Below are positions 21,899 to 31,732 of a DNA stretch of 64,000 nucleotides, piece after piece. Under the pieces are notes generated by a model. That model had not been told where the DNA came from. It saw only the letters and a program-made list of their open reading frames with translations, and made no database searches. A program made the position numbers and the translations under genes. Numbering within the stretch: the first letter of the stretch is position 1; every line of letters begins with the position of its first letter. This DNA comes from an uncultured Chthonomonadaceae bacterium (GTDB lineage Bacteria; Armatimonadota; Chthonomonadetes; Chthonomonadales; Chthonomonadaceae), in contig CAWIEK010000054.1 in assembly GCA_963835065.1 (NCBI GenBank), positions 1 to 64,000 of the forward strand. The letters run 5' to 3'.

Positions 21899-24241
21899 TC
21901 AGTGATTAAACACGAACTCTTTGGTGTTGAGAATGGCCCAGAGTAAGTCCTGCACGGCCTGTTCGCGGCTGGCGGATTGGGTAATCCAATTTACGCTGCG
22001 GGCGCGTTCCTGTTGCGTGGGTGGGCGCGACAGGGCGGATAGGAACAACTCGTCCACGATTGCGCCGGGTTCCACGTTGGCCTTGACCAGTGCGGCGACG
22101 CGCCCGGTTTGGGAAGTTAGTTTCGCCTGAACCATCGGGTTATTGAGCAGGTGCAGGGTTTGCGTGACGCCGATTTCGCTGCTGCGCTCACATTCGCACG
22201 TTGTCTGGCGCGGCGGGCGGCCAAACGCATCCAGAAAGAACGAGCCGACACTTGTGTCCATCAATTGCGCGGCGCGGGTTCCCTGCGGATACCCCTCGAA
22301 TGTTTCGGCCTCGCCCGTCACATCGCTCAAGGCATCCAGCATCTGTTCGGCGCTCATCCGCTTCACCAAAAAGTGGCTGAAATAACGTGCGTCGCGCCGG
22401 TTTCCCGGCTGCGTTTGCGACTCGCGCCCATACGCTTCCGAACACAAAATTTCGCGCATCAGGCCTTTCAAATCATAGTGGTGGGAGCGCAGGTCGGACG
22501 CGAGATAGTTAAGAAGCGGCTCATTGACGGGTGGATTGGTGACGCGAAAATCGTCTACAGGTTCCACCAGGCCGCGCCCCATGTAGTGCTTCCACACGCG
22601 GTTGACGATTACGGACGCGAAAAACGGGTTGTCGGGCGCGGTCATCCAATCCACAAGCGCCTGCCGCCTGTCTCCCTTGTAGTCGGAAGGCAGCACGGGG
22701 CCGTCCAGCGCGGCGGGGCGCATGACGGCTTCGGTGCGCGGATGAACCACTTCACCCGCTTGATTGAAGCTGATCAGTTTTTCTCCTTCTGCTTTCCCCG
22801 GCGTGGCTTGCAGGCGTCCGAAGTACCCGGCCAATTGATAAAACTGGTTTTGCGTCCATTTTTCAAACGGGTGATTGTGGCAGCGCGCGCATTGCAGCCG
22901 AACGCCCAAATATACTTGCGCAACGGTTTCGCCCAGATCGGTAGGCGGCAGCATAGCCTGCGATTCTGGTTCGCTCCCCGCCCGGAAGAAGTTGGCCGCG
23001 CCATTTTCATACGCGCTGCCCTGCGCCGTCAGCACTTCGCGGGTAATCACATCCCAGGGCTTGTTGTCGGCAACGTTTTGCCGAATCCACTTATGAAAGG
23101 CGGTCATTCCTTTCTGGCCGAGCGAGCGCTTGGAATTGCGCAGCAAGTCGCTCCATTTCAGCGTCCAGAAATCCACGTAGTCGGGCGAAGCCAGCAGGCG
23201 ATCAACAAGTTTTTCGCGCTTGCGCGGGTCGGCGTCCGCCAGAAACACGCGCGTTACCTCGGCGCGGGGCAAGCGCCCGGTCACATCCAGGTAAGCGCGG
23301 CGCAGAAAATCGCTGTCATTGCAGCGGGGCGAGGGCGCAAGGCCAAGCGCAGCCAGTTTGGCGTTTACAAGCCGGTCAATTTCGTTTGTGGCGGGTGCGG
23401 ACATTCGGGGGCGGTCAAAGGGCGCAACAATACGGGCAATTGTAAACACGCCGCCATAGCGAATCACCACCGCGCCCTCGCCCGGACCGACAACCGTTGC
23501 CAGGCCGTCCCGCGTCACGCTCAAAACCGCGCCGTCGCTGCTGGAAAACAGGGTTTGACGGGTGACCTCGCGCCTTGCGCCGTCCGTAAACACGGCTTCC
23601 ACGCGGCATTGCTGCGTTCTGCCCTGCGTTAAAATGCGCTGCGCGGGCGTCACGACAAGGCGGGCAACGCGGGGTTCCGCGTTCGCGCCTTCCAAAACGG
23701 GAGGCCGCGCCCCGCCCGCAATCCAATCGCGCAGGGTACGGTATTCCGGCGAACCGACTTCAAACCGCTTGCCGCCGCCATGCGGCATTTGTCCCGTTGC
23801 TTTGCGCAGCATCAGACTGTTTTCGGGCTGCGAGGGGCTGATGCGCCGCGCCCCGACAAACCGCGTCAGGGCCAGATAATCGCTTTCAGGGTCATAGCCG
23901 AGCAGGGATAAATGAAAGCCGCCTTTACCGGCGTTTGCGCCATGACACGCGCCCATGTTGCAGCCCGCGCGGGTGACAATCGGCATCACATCCCGACCAA
24001 AGAGAGGCAGGGTGTTGGGTGTCGGGTGTTGGGTGTTGGGTGTGACTTCCAGCTTGGGCTTGGACGGCAGGATAGCGGGCGAGGTGTTGGGTGTTGGGTA
24101 TTGGGTATTGGGTAGACGAGGAATGGGGCGTGACTGCGCTAATGTTAGGCTGACCGCTCCGGCAATCAAGAATGTCAGGCACGCGCCCATGAAAGCAGAC
24201 CCCGGTTTGATTTTCATTGTTGCTCTAAACAGCAGTTGCAT
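21899..24241 (-). CDS. DUF1549/DUF1553 protein with Ig-like domain
   Basis: GCN.G.CHG..GKGGF.LSL, FLRRAYLD, CARCHNHPF, NRVW....GRG.VEP.DDF, EF.FNH. Confidence 0.9.
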   Translation of the reverse strand: MQLLFRATMKIKPGSAFMGACLTFLIAGAVSLTLAQSRPIPRLPNTQYPTPNTSPAILPSKPKLEVTPNTQHPTPNTLPLFGRDVMPIVTRAGCNMGACHGANAGKGGFHLSLLGYDPESDYLALTRFVGARRISPSQPENSLMLRKATGQMPHGGGKRFEVGSPEYRTLRDWIAGGARPPVLEGANAEPRVARLVVTPAQRILTQGRTQQCRVEAVFTDGARREVTRQTLFSSSDGAVLSVTRDGLATVVGPGEGAVVIRYGGVFTIARIVAPFDRPRMSAPATNEIDRLVNAKLAALGLAPSPRCNDSDFLRRAYLDVTGRLPRAEVTRVFLADADPRKREKLVDRLLASPDYVDFWTLKWSDLLRNSKRSLGQKGMTAFHKWIRQNVADNKPWDVITREVLTAQGSAYENGAANFFRAGSEPESQAMLPPTDLGETVAQVYLGVRLQCARCHNHPFEKWTQNQFYQLAGYFGRLQATPGKAEGEKLISFNQAGEVVHPRTEAVMRPAALDGPVLPSDYKGDRRQALVDWMTAPDNPFFASVIVNRVWKHYMGRGLVEPVDDFRVTNPPVNEPLLNYLASDLRSHHYDLKGLMREILCSEAYGRESQTQPGNRRDARYFSHFLVKRMSAEQMLDALSDVTGEAETFEGYPQGTRAAQLMDTSVGSFFLDAFGRPPRQTTCECERSSEIGVTQTLHLLNNPMVQAKLTSQTGRVAALVKANVEPGAIVDELFLSALSRPPTQQERARSVNWITQSASREQAVQDLLWAILNTKEFVFNH

Positions 24242-24310
24242 TGTTACCCCTATGCGGCAAGTACCCGAACTGATATCCAACACCGAACACCGAATACCGA
24301 ACACCCTTGC

Positions 24311-25708
24311 CTAAAACAACTCTGCCATGACATTGCCCTTGCTGATGGCGATGGGGCGGTTTTGCATGTCGTGGACTTCCGATTGGGGCGGGATGCCCAG
24401 GGCGGAAAAAATTGTCGCGCTCAGGTCGGACGGGTAAAACGCCTTGCTGTTGGGGAAGCCGGCCCACTCGTCGCTTTGGCCGATGACGTTGCCGCCGCGC
24501 ACCCCGCCACCCGCCAAAACGCCTGTCCAGCACCATTGCCAGTGGTTGCGCCCATCCGCCCGCGCGCCGTTGTCGGTGGAGCCGGTAACAGGCTTGCCCA
24601 AAACCGGGTTGCGCCCCATTTCGCTCATTACGACAACAAGGGTTTCGTCCAGCATCCCCGTTCGGTGCAGGTCTTCAATGAGGGCGCTGAACGCCTGATC
24701 GAAGTTGGGCAGGTCGCGCTTCAGGCCGTCATTTTCCTTGTCGTGGTAATCCCAATGGTTTAAGCCCCCCATATTGGCCTGCACGAACGTCACGCCCGAT
24801 TGTACCAGCCGCCGCGCCAGCAGCAGGGATTGCCCCCACGTGTGGCGTCCGTACCGGTCACGGAGGGAAGTGGGTTCCTGCGCCAGATCAAAGGCTTTAC
24901 GCACGTCCGGCGACGTGGTAAGCGTAAACGCTTTTTGCTGCGCATCCGTCAACTGCCGCGCTTCTAAATTCGTGTCCAAATCCTTGCGGTAAGCGTCCAC
25001 GTCCGTCAGCAATTGTTGCCGATTGCGCAGGCGGTCAACCGTCATGCCGGCGACAGGCGACAGGTCGGGTACGGCGAATTTCGGATCGTTCGGGTCGCGC
25101 TCGATCAGCCAGGGATCGTAGCGGCTGCCGAGCCAGCCCGCCGTTTCGCCGGGGCAGGGGTTGCCCTCAAATTTAATGCGAACCGGCAGATGCACGGCAG
25201 TGGGCAGGCCGTTTTGCGCCGGTTTCAGCGCGGAGATCACCGAGCCGATGCTGGGCCAATCGTTGCGCGTGGCGTAAAACTTGAACGTGGCGGGGCGCTC
25301 GTCAATACCGGACAGCAGCAGTTGGTGGCCGGGAATGTGGTTCTCGTCCTCCTTGTTGAGCGTCATGGTGCGGACAAGGGCGAGATGATGCGCGATCTTC
25401 GCCGTCAGAGGCAGCCCGGAACCCAGTTGTATTCCCGGCGCGCTGGTGCGGATGGGCTGCGCGGTTCCCCGGCACTGCGCGGGCGAGTCGGGCTTGACAT
25501 CCCAAAGGTGCATCTGCGGCGGGCCACCGGGCATCCACACCAGAAGAATGTTCTTCGCCTTCGGCCCGCGTGGGGCAAGCGCGGCGCGGGCAGGCGCAAA
25601 CGCCTCCGGCAGCATCATGCCGAACGCGCCCAAAAACCCGATCTGAAGTAATTCGCGCCGAAATACGCCGACATCATGCTGATGCGTCTGTTGCTTCATA
25701 TTGCTCAT
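24311..25708 (-). CDS. DUF1501 family protein
   Basis: Tat-like RRELL; GGP....WD.KP, LARRLV..GV, WD.H, SEMGR.P, GR.HW. Confidence 0.9.
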   Translation of the reverse strand: MSNMKQQTHQHDVGVFRRELLQIGFLGAFGMMLPEAFAPARAALAPRGPKAKNILLVWMPGGPPQMHLWDVKPDSPAQCRGTAQPIRTSAPGIQLGSGLPLTAKIAHHLALVRTMTLNKEDENHIPGHQLLLSGIDERPATFKFYATRNDWPSIGSVISALKPAQNGLPTAVHLPVRIKFEGNPCPGETAGWLGSRYDPWLIERDPNDPKFAVPDLSPVAGMTVDRLRNRQQLLTDVDAYRKDLDTNLEARQLTDAQQKAFTLTTSPDVRKAFDLAQEPTSLRDRYGRHTWGQSLLLARRLVQSGVTFVQANMGGLNHWDYHDKENDGLKRDLPNFDQAFSALIEDLHRTGMLDETLVVVMSEMGRNPVLGKPVTGSTDNGARADGRNHWQWCWTGVLAGGGVRGGNVIGQSDEWAGFPNSKAFYPSDLSATIFSALGIPPQSEVHDMQNRPIAISKGNVMAELF

Positions 25709-25734
25709 CTCTAAAAAAGGTTCGATGTACATTC

Positions 25735-26094
25735 TCAAAGTCTTTTCAACGCTTTGAGAATGTTTTCCGCGGTTGTCACGGCTACTTTTGCATAGTTTTC
25801 CAGATTAGGCAGATAGTCGTCATAATCGGCTTGACGGCGAAATCTGCGAAGTTCATCGCCCTTTTCACCAATGCTGCGACGTTCATCGTCGTCAGCATTG
25901 CGGTACTTGTCCCAAAGCGCCTTGTGCGAATCCTGCTCTCTTGGAATGGCTACACCCTCGCGGGCAAGTTGACGCCGCGCCTGATTGTAAGCGGCATAAT
26001 ACGCGCGGCTGATAGCGGTGCGCAAGGCAGCGTCATCGCCTTCACGGGCAAGCCGCTTTGCAAGCATCAGGTAATTTGCCCAATCGAAAAGCAT
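25735..26094 (-). CDS. HEPN domain protein
   Basis: RTAISRAYYAAY, H, R..ADY motifs. Confidence 0.8.
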   Translation of the reverse strand: MLFDWANYLMLAKRLAREGDDAALRTAISRAYYAAYNQARRQLAREGVAIPREQDSHKALWDKYRNADDDERRSIGEKGDELRRFRRQADYDDYLPNLENYAKVAVTTAENILKALKRL

Positions 26095-26451
26095 CTACAC
26101 AAACTCCAGGCTGATGTTCAATTGCTGCTGCGCTTGGCGTGAAGCATCACGCCACCATTCCTGACGTAAACATGCTTGCTGCTGCATCGCTTGTTCCGCT
26201 TCTTCCGAGGTTTGTATCAGCACGAAGAGTTCAGGAGAGGAATGGCTTTCCTCGTCGTAAAAAATTTCCAGCGCCAGCCGTGTTTCCGTCCCAAAGCAAC
26301 ACTGAACATGAGCAGGCGCTTCCAGCAACAGAGGCAGCAGAAACGGATGCGCGTTGACAAAATCAACAATCGCGTCGGGACAGCGCAACGTGTAATCTCG
26401 CGCTAACGCATCGGCGTTTATGTGGGTCAACTCAGCGGCTAAAGCAGTCAT
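26095..26451 (-). CDS. HEPN partner, putative antitoxin
   Basis: Small gene abutting the HEPN gene; F...HPFL..LL.EA......F pattern; GAGGA RBS. Confidence 0.6.
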   Translation of the reverse strand: MTALAAELTHINADALARDYTLRCPDAIVDFVNAHPFLLPLLLEAPAHVQCCFGTETRLALEIFYDEESHSSPELFVLIQTSEEAEQAMQQQACLRQEWWRDASRQAQQQLNISLEFV

Positions 26452-26672
26452 GTGTTCCTCTTTTTGGGTACTTGCCAGTGCCAGAATGAAATTGCGCGTT
26501 TTGTGTGGATGTCCTGTGCGATAGAAAAAATGGCAGTATCGAAATGTTGGAGCGTAAAACCCCGTCAATGTTACGGCCTGAGTCGTTATTCTAATGCTGA
26601 GTGTTCTGCTGTTTCAGTATACAGCGTATCGCGCCTTTTGTCCTGCGAAAGTTGCAATCGCCGCGCTCGGTG

Positions 26673-26702
26673 TTGACGCTGGCAAAGCGCGTAGAGTACA
26701 CT
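26673..26702 (+). promoter_or_regulatory. Sigma70-like promoter of asd-dapA
   Basis: TTGACG-N18-TACACT. Confidence 0.45.
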
Positions 26703-26763
26703 AAAACATTCTACATGGCCTGACCGCCAGACTAATATCAACGCACGACAGAAAGATGTTTCC

Positions 26764-27781
26764 ATGAGAACCTATCACGTCGCCATTGCGGGCGCAACCG
26801 GAGCCGTCGGCACGGAGTTTCTGCAACTGCTGGAATCGCGCGAGTTTCCCCTGCAATCCCTGCGCCTGCTGGCCTCGGAGCGCTCCGTTGGGCGTACCCT
26901 TACCTTTCGCGGCAGACCGCACACCGTAGAACTGCTGTCGGAAAACAGTTTCAAGGGCATTGACATCGCCTTTTTCTCCGCCGGAGGTTCGCGCAGCAAA
27001 GAATTTGCTCCTTCCGCCGTCCATGCGGGCGCACTTGTCATTGACAACAGCAGCGCGTACCGCATGGACCCGGACGTGCCGCTCGTCATCCCGGAAATCA
27101 ACCCCGACGACATTGCCGAGCACAAAGGCATTATCGCCAATCCCAACTGCTCCACCATTGTGATGCTGATGGCCGTTGCGCCCCTGCGCCGGCTTGCCCC
27201 GATACGGCGCATTGTCGCGTCCACCTATCAGGCGGCAAGCGGGGCAGGGGCGCAGGCCATGCAGGAACTTTTGGAACAGACCAATGATGTATTGCGGGAT
27301 CGGGCGATTCTGCCCCGCGTGTTCCCGCACCCCATTGCGTTCAACCTGTTTTCGCACAACACCAAAATTGACGACACGGGCTACAACGAGGAAGAGCGCA
27401 AAATGATCTACGAGTTCGCGCAAAATCCTGCACGACCCGAACTTGAAAATCTCGGCAACCTGTATTCGCGTTCCCGTTGTGCGCGCCCATTCCGAAAGCG
27501 TCAACATCGAATTCGAGGCCGGGCAGCGCCCCACGCTGGAAGCCGCCCGCGCCGCTCTGTCACGCTTCCCCGGCGTCCAGCTCGTAGACGACCGTGAAAC
27601 AAACCATTTCCCTATGCCTATCGAGGCCAGTGGCCGCGACGAGGTACTCGTGGGACGCCTGCGCTACGACCTGTCCAACGACGACGCGCTGGACCTGTTC
27701 CTGTCGGGCGACCAGATACTCAAAGGCGCGGCGCTCAACGGTATCCAAATCGCAGAAAAATGGATGCACATGAGTAATTAA
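26764..27781 (+). CDS. asd: Aspartate-semialdehyde dehydrogenase, +1 frameshift near 27415
   Basis: GATGAVG, NPNCST, YQAASGAG; GAG TTC GCG CAA AAT has one extra T relative to E-S-R-K-I; ATCIRVPV..AHSE and KGAALN in the second frame. Confidence 0.92.
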
Positions 27782-27976
27782 CCACCCGCTACGCTAGAGA
27801 CACAGAGGCACAGAGAGGGAACACAGAGGAAGAAAAGAAGAAGAAAAGAAAAGAAGAGAAGAAACCACTTTGCTTCCTTTGCCTCTTTGCGGTTCCGTTT
27901 CCTCTCCTCGTTCTCTTCTCATCTCGCATTGGTTTTTCCTCTGTGTCTCTGTGTCTCTAGCCGTAGGCGGGTGGTT
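27780..27976. repeat. AGAGACACAGAG-family inverted repeat with purine/pyrimidine-biased spacer
   Basis: AACCACCCGCTACGCTAGAGACACAGAGGCACAGAG ... CTCTGTGTCTCTGTGTCTCTAGCCGTAGGCGGGTGGTT. Confidence 0.8.
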
Positions 27977-28002
27977 CATTCCGATTTTGAAAGGTGGCAA
28001 GG

Positions 28003-28902
28003 ATGCGAACGGCGGTGTTTGGGCGGGTGCTGACGGCGATGGTGACGCCGTTTGACGCCCGGGGGCGGATGGATGAAGACGGCATTGCGCGGATGGCGGC
28101 GCATTTGCTGGACAACGGCTCCGATGGCATTGTGGCGGCGGGCACGACGGGCGAGTCGCCCACGTTGTCGCATGATGAAAAACTGCGGCTGTTTACACTG
28201 GTGAAGCAGGCGGTTGGCAGCCGGGGCAAGGTGATCGCGGGTACGGGCGGCAACGACACGGCGGCGAGTATCCGCCTGACGCGGGAAGCGGCGGAGTTGG
28301 GCGTGGATGGCGCGTTATTGGTCGTGCCACCGTACAGCCGGCCCTCGCAGGAAGGCTTGTACCAGCATTTCAAGGCGATTGCCAATGCCGTGCCTGAACT
28401 GCCCTGCATGTTGTACAACGTGCCGCCCCGAACCGCGCAGAACATGGACGCGGCCACAACCATTCGGCTGGCAAACGACGTGTCCAACATCACCGCCACA
28501 AAAGAAGCCGCCAACAATCTTGTGCAGGTGGCGGAAATCGTGGGCGGCACGGACGAAAATTTCAGCGTATACAGCGGCGACGATGCCATGACCCTGCCCC
28601 TGCTGGCAGTTGGCGGGCAGGGAGTTGTCAGCGTCACCGCCCATCTTGTCGGCAGGGATATGCAGGCGATGTGCCGCGCGTTTTTCGCCGGGCAGTTGGA
28701 CGAGGCCGCGCGCTTGAACATCAAAATGCTGCCGATTGTCCGCGCCTGCTTCCAGCCCACGACGCCCTCGCCCGCCCCGCTCAAAGCGGGACTGCAAATG
28801 CTCGGCCTGCCTTCCGGCCCGCTTCGCCTGCCCCTCGTGGAAGCCAACGAGAAAGAAAAAAGCCTTGTGCGCGCGGCCTTAGCCGAGTATGGCCTGCTGT
28901 AA
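28003..28902 (+). CDS. dapA: 4-hydroxy-tetrahydrodipicolinate synthase
   Basis: AMVTPF, GTTGES, LYNVP.RT, KEA, YSGDD motifs. Confidence 0.95.
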   Translation: MRTAVFGRVLTAMVTPFDARGRMDEDGIARMAAHLLDNGSDGIVAAGTTGESPTLSHDEKLRLFTLVKQAVGSRGKVIAGTGGNDTAASIRLTREAAELGVDGALLVVPPYSRPSQEGLYQHFKAIANAVPELPCMLYNVPPRTAQNMDAATTIRLANDVSNITATKEAANNLVQVAEIVGGTDENFSVYSGDDAMTLPLLAVGGQGVVSVTAHLVGRDMQAMCRAFFAGQLDEAARLNIKMLPIVRACFQPTTPSPAPLKAGLQMLGLPSGPLRLPLVEANEKEKSLVRAALAEYGLL

Positions 28903-28949
28903 CGTATTCCCGCGCCTTCCCGTCCAATAGCAATAACGCCAAAATATAA

Positions 28950-29093
28950 TTTTTCACCACTAAGACGCCAGGAACACCAAGAGAAAACAAGCACCGAAAA
29001 AGGCACAGAAGCGAAGACAGTTGCGCTTTCTCCTGCAATTTCACAACGTCTTTCTGCTCTTCTTGGTGTTCCTGGCGTCTTGGTGGTGAAAAA
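28950..29093. repeat. CACCACTAAGACGCCAGGAACACCAAG-family inverted repeat
   Basis: ~33-bp near-perfect arms at 28950-28982 and 29061-29093. Confidence 0.8.
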
Positions 29094-29122
29094 ACAGTTG
29101 TGATTGTTGGGAGGAGACGGGG

Positions 29123-31039
29123 ATGCGCTCTTACTGGATTGCGGGTTGCTGTGGATTATGGTTTTTGCCTTGCGCGTTGCGGGCACAAACGACGCCGAAT
29201 GATGTTTTCGGGGCGGAAGCGCGTTTCAAGCAGAGCCTGTCTGTGCGGGCGGAAGGGATTCCCGTGCGTGACCTGCTGGCGCGTATCGCGGCAAAGACCG
29301 GCGTGGCATTGCGGGCGGACGGAGATGTGGGCGACGATAAAATAATCGCCTTTTGCCCCGCCCGTCCGCTTGCCGACACGCTTCAGGATGTGGCTGCGCT
29401 GTTCAATGATGAGTGGCAGCCTTCTCCCCTGCCGAACGGACAAATGCGCTGGCTGCTGATACGCAGGTTGAGCGCGCGGCATTACGAGGACGCGCTGGAG
29501 CAAACCGTCAGCAACCGCCAGCGAGCGCAGTTGGACGAGCAGGTACAGGCGCTGGACGAAACGCCCGCGCAATTCGCCAAACGCCCTGCGAGTGACCGTA
29601 TCCGCAAAAATCTGGAAAATCCGAGTACGCACGGGCGGCAGGCGACCCGGCTTTACGCGCAATTGAGCCGCGAACAGCGCGATACCTTGTTTGCCAGAGG
29701 GTTTGTCAATGTGTCCTTTGCCGCTTCCACGCCCGCGCAGCAAGCCATTGCCCGCGAAGGGTTTGCGGAAGTGGTCACAACCCTGAAAGCGCTGGATGAA
29801 AAGCAGCGCGCGGAATTCCCCAATGTTCACATCGTCATTGACGCGCCCGAAGAACTGGAACAGCATGGCGCGCGGTTCCGCCTGACCCGTACCAACAATG
29901 CGGGATTGAGCGCCCTTGTGGTTCAGGTGATTTTGGGGCAAAACACCTATATGACGATGGGCGATTTTGAAAGCGCGGACGAGTGGCTGCTGCCTCCACA
30001 TGGCAACCCTTACAGGCGACAGGTTGCGGGCAGGCAAAGCGCATCCGTTTCCGCGCAAGCGGGCGTAACGGGAAACGTGGGGAGAGCAGGAAGAGTAAAC
30101 GTCTCGGCACAAATCGCGGCAGCCGATTTGCCCGCAGTGGAGACATTGCGCAAAGTGGGCAAGGAGGGACAGTGGATTGACCGCCTGAAAACGCTTGCCG
30201 ACGCTGCTCAGGTTCCGGTTCTGGCCGATTATTACCGCAGTCCCGCCATCATCCACGACCTCAGCCCCGATGTTCCAAATGCCGACACGTCCGTTGCTTT
30301 ACTGGATGCGTTGTGCAAGCAATCCGGCTATTTGTGGTGGGCGACGCCGGGCAAAACCCTGCTTCTGCGCAAGCGCGATTGGTACGCGCAGCGCCGTTAC
30401 GAAGCGCCTGATTCGTGGCTGCGCGATATGCAGACTCGCTTGCGCCGCCAGAAGAATATACCGACCTACGGCGATCTTTGCCGACTGCTGGAACTAACGC
30501 CGCTGCAAATTGCCGGCATGAACGCGATGCTGGAAAGCGGTAATGGGAACCCGGAAGGGCTGGCAAATCTGGACACTCAGGAGGGATTGGCGGAACTGCT
30601 GACAATCCTACAGGCAGGCAGCGACTCGTTTGCGCCCCTGCCCACAGGAGAACTTACGGCAGAAGCGTTTGCGCCCCCGCCCACAGGCAAACCAACGGCA
30701 AAGGAAGAGGCGCAATCCCGTCTTCCCACGCCCACGCCGCAGCAGGCCGCGCTTATCGGCGCGTTCCTCAATGTTGCGCGACAAACCGCCACGCCCGCCA
30801 ACCTGCGCGGCTTTGCCATTCAAGCGTACCGCCTGCCGCCCACTCTGCTCAAGGCCGCGCAATCCCCGCCGCCCCAAAACGTTCAGGTCGTTCTTGCATG
30901 GGAACTGGAAGGCAGCGCCAGGCCTATTCCCTACTTCGACCGACACCGGCTGCTCTGGCTTCCCGCGCAAATCCCTGATGACCGGAGCGACAAAACGCAA
31001 ATCGAAGTCACACCTGAGGCCGCAGAGAAAATCCGATGA
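29123..31039 (+). CDS. Large secreted hypothetical protein
   Basis: 638-aa ORF; signal peptide; STN-like N-terminus (P.RDLL..IA..TGV.L). Confidence 0.7.
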   Translation: MRSYWIAGCCGLWFLPCALRAQTTPNDVFGAEARFKQSLSVRAEGIPVRDLLARIAAKTGVALRADGDVGDDKIIAFCPARPLADTLQDVAALFNDEWQPSPLPNGQMRWLLIRRLSARHYEDALEQTVSNRQRAQLDEQVQALDETPAQFAKRPASDRIRKNLENPSTHGRQATRLYAQLSREQRDTLFARGFVNVSFAASTPAQQAIAREGFAEVVTTLKALDEKQRAEFPNVHIVIDAPEELEQHGARFRLTRTNNAGLSALVVQVILGQNTYMTMGDFESADEWLLPPHGNPYRRQVAGRQSASVSAQAGVTGNVGRAGRVNVSAQIAAADLPAVETLRKVGKEGQWIDRLKTLADAAQVPVLADYYRSPAIIHDLSPDVPNADTSVALLDALCKQSGYLWWATPGKTLLLRKRDWYAQRRYEAPDSWLRDMQTRLRRQKNIPTYGDLCRLLELTPLQIAGMNAMLESGNGNPEGLANLDTQEGLAELLTILQAGSDSFAPLPTGELTAEAFAPPPTGKPTAKEEAQSRLPTPTPQQAALIGAFLNVARQTATPANLRGFAIQAYRLPPTLLKAAQSPPPQNVQVVLAWELEGSARPIPYFDRHRLLWLPAQIPDDRSDKTQIEVTPEAAEKIR

Positions 31040-31188
31040 CTGCTTTGCAAAAACCAATCACTTTAGCGTACTTTGCGCGTCATAAAGGCTACGTATTCGG
31101 CGGCATGGCTGCCGGTTTCCTACTGGTTTTATGATTTCTGCAATTTTGCCTATGGGCGCGTAACGTCTTGAACATTGCGGACATGCGG

Positions 31189-31229
31189 AGCGATATAGCT
31201 GCAAATACAGCGATATAGCTGCAAATATC
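31189..31229. promoter_or_regulatory. Tandem 19-bp operator-like repeat
   Basis: AGCGATATAGCTGCAAATA twice at a 20-bp period; second copy contains GATAT-N8-ATATC. Confidence 0.45.
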
Positions 31230-31250
31230 TGGAAAGGCTTCCTTCCCATC

Positions 31251-31667
31251 ATGCCCGAAAACAAAGAACTCGACAAACGTATCTCTTTTCGTGATGTGCC
31301 GCGCCTGCTGCAAGAATTGGCCTGCGACGACCCGGCGAAGCAAAACTCTGCCCTGCGCGCCGCCTGTCCCTGCCGCAACCGCCGCTACGACAAAGAACTC
31401 TGGCTTGCCATTTTTCAAACCCGCGCCGAAACCGCAACGCCCACCGTCCGGGATGCCGCCGAACACGCGATTGGCACCCTGCGCGAACGCGCCCGCAACG
31501 ATCCGCGCTCTCAGGAACTGCTGCTCTGGCTGGCCGAACAGGGCGTCACCGATTTGCCGCTGCAGGAGGATGTTCCCACCTGGATACCGAACTTACGCGG
31601 CAACGGGCTGTACATTCCCCGCTTTGAACCCAGCCCTCGTTCCCGCCGCAATCGCCGCAAGAGGTAG
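31251..31667 (+). CDS. Hypothetical protein (HEAT-like, CPC motif)
   Basis: 138-aa ORF with host-like codon usage. Confidence 0.6.
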   Translation: MPENKELDKRISFRDVPRLLQELACDDPAKQNSALRAACPCRNRRYDKELWLAIFQTRAETATPTVRDAAEHAIGTLRERARNDPRSQELLLWLAEQGVTDLPLQEDVPTWIPNLRGNGLYIPRFEPSPRSRRNRRKR

Positions 31668-31732
31668 ATGGCAGACGGTAGACGGTAGAGCCGTAAGCGT
31701 TGTTGGCATATGACAAGTGACGTACTATAAGC

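Noticed and set aside
26452..26763. Lysine riboswitch upstream of asd-dapA
   Set aside because: No recognisable L-box conserved elements; the predicted promoter leaves only ~55 nt of leader
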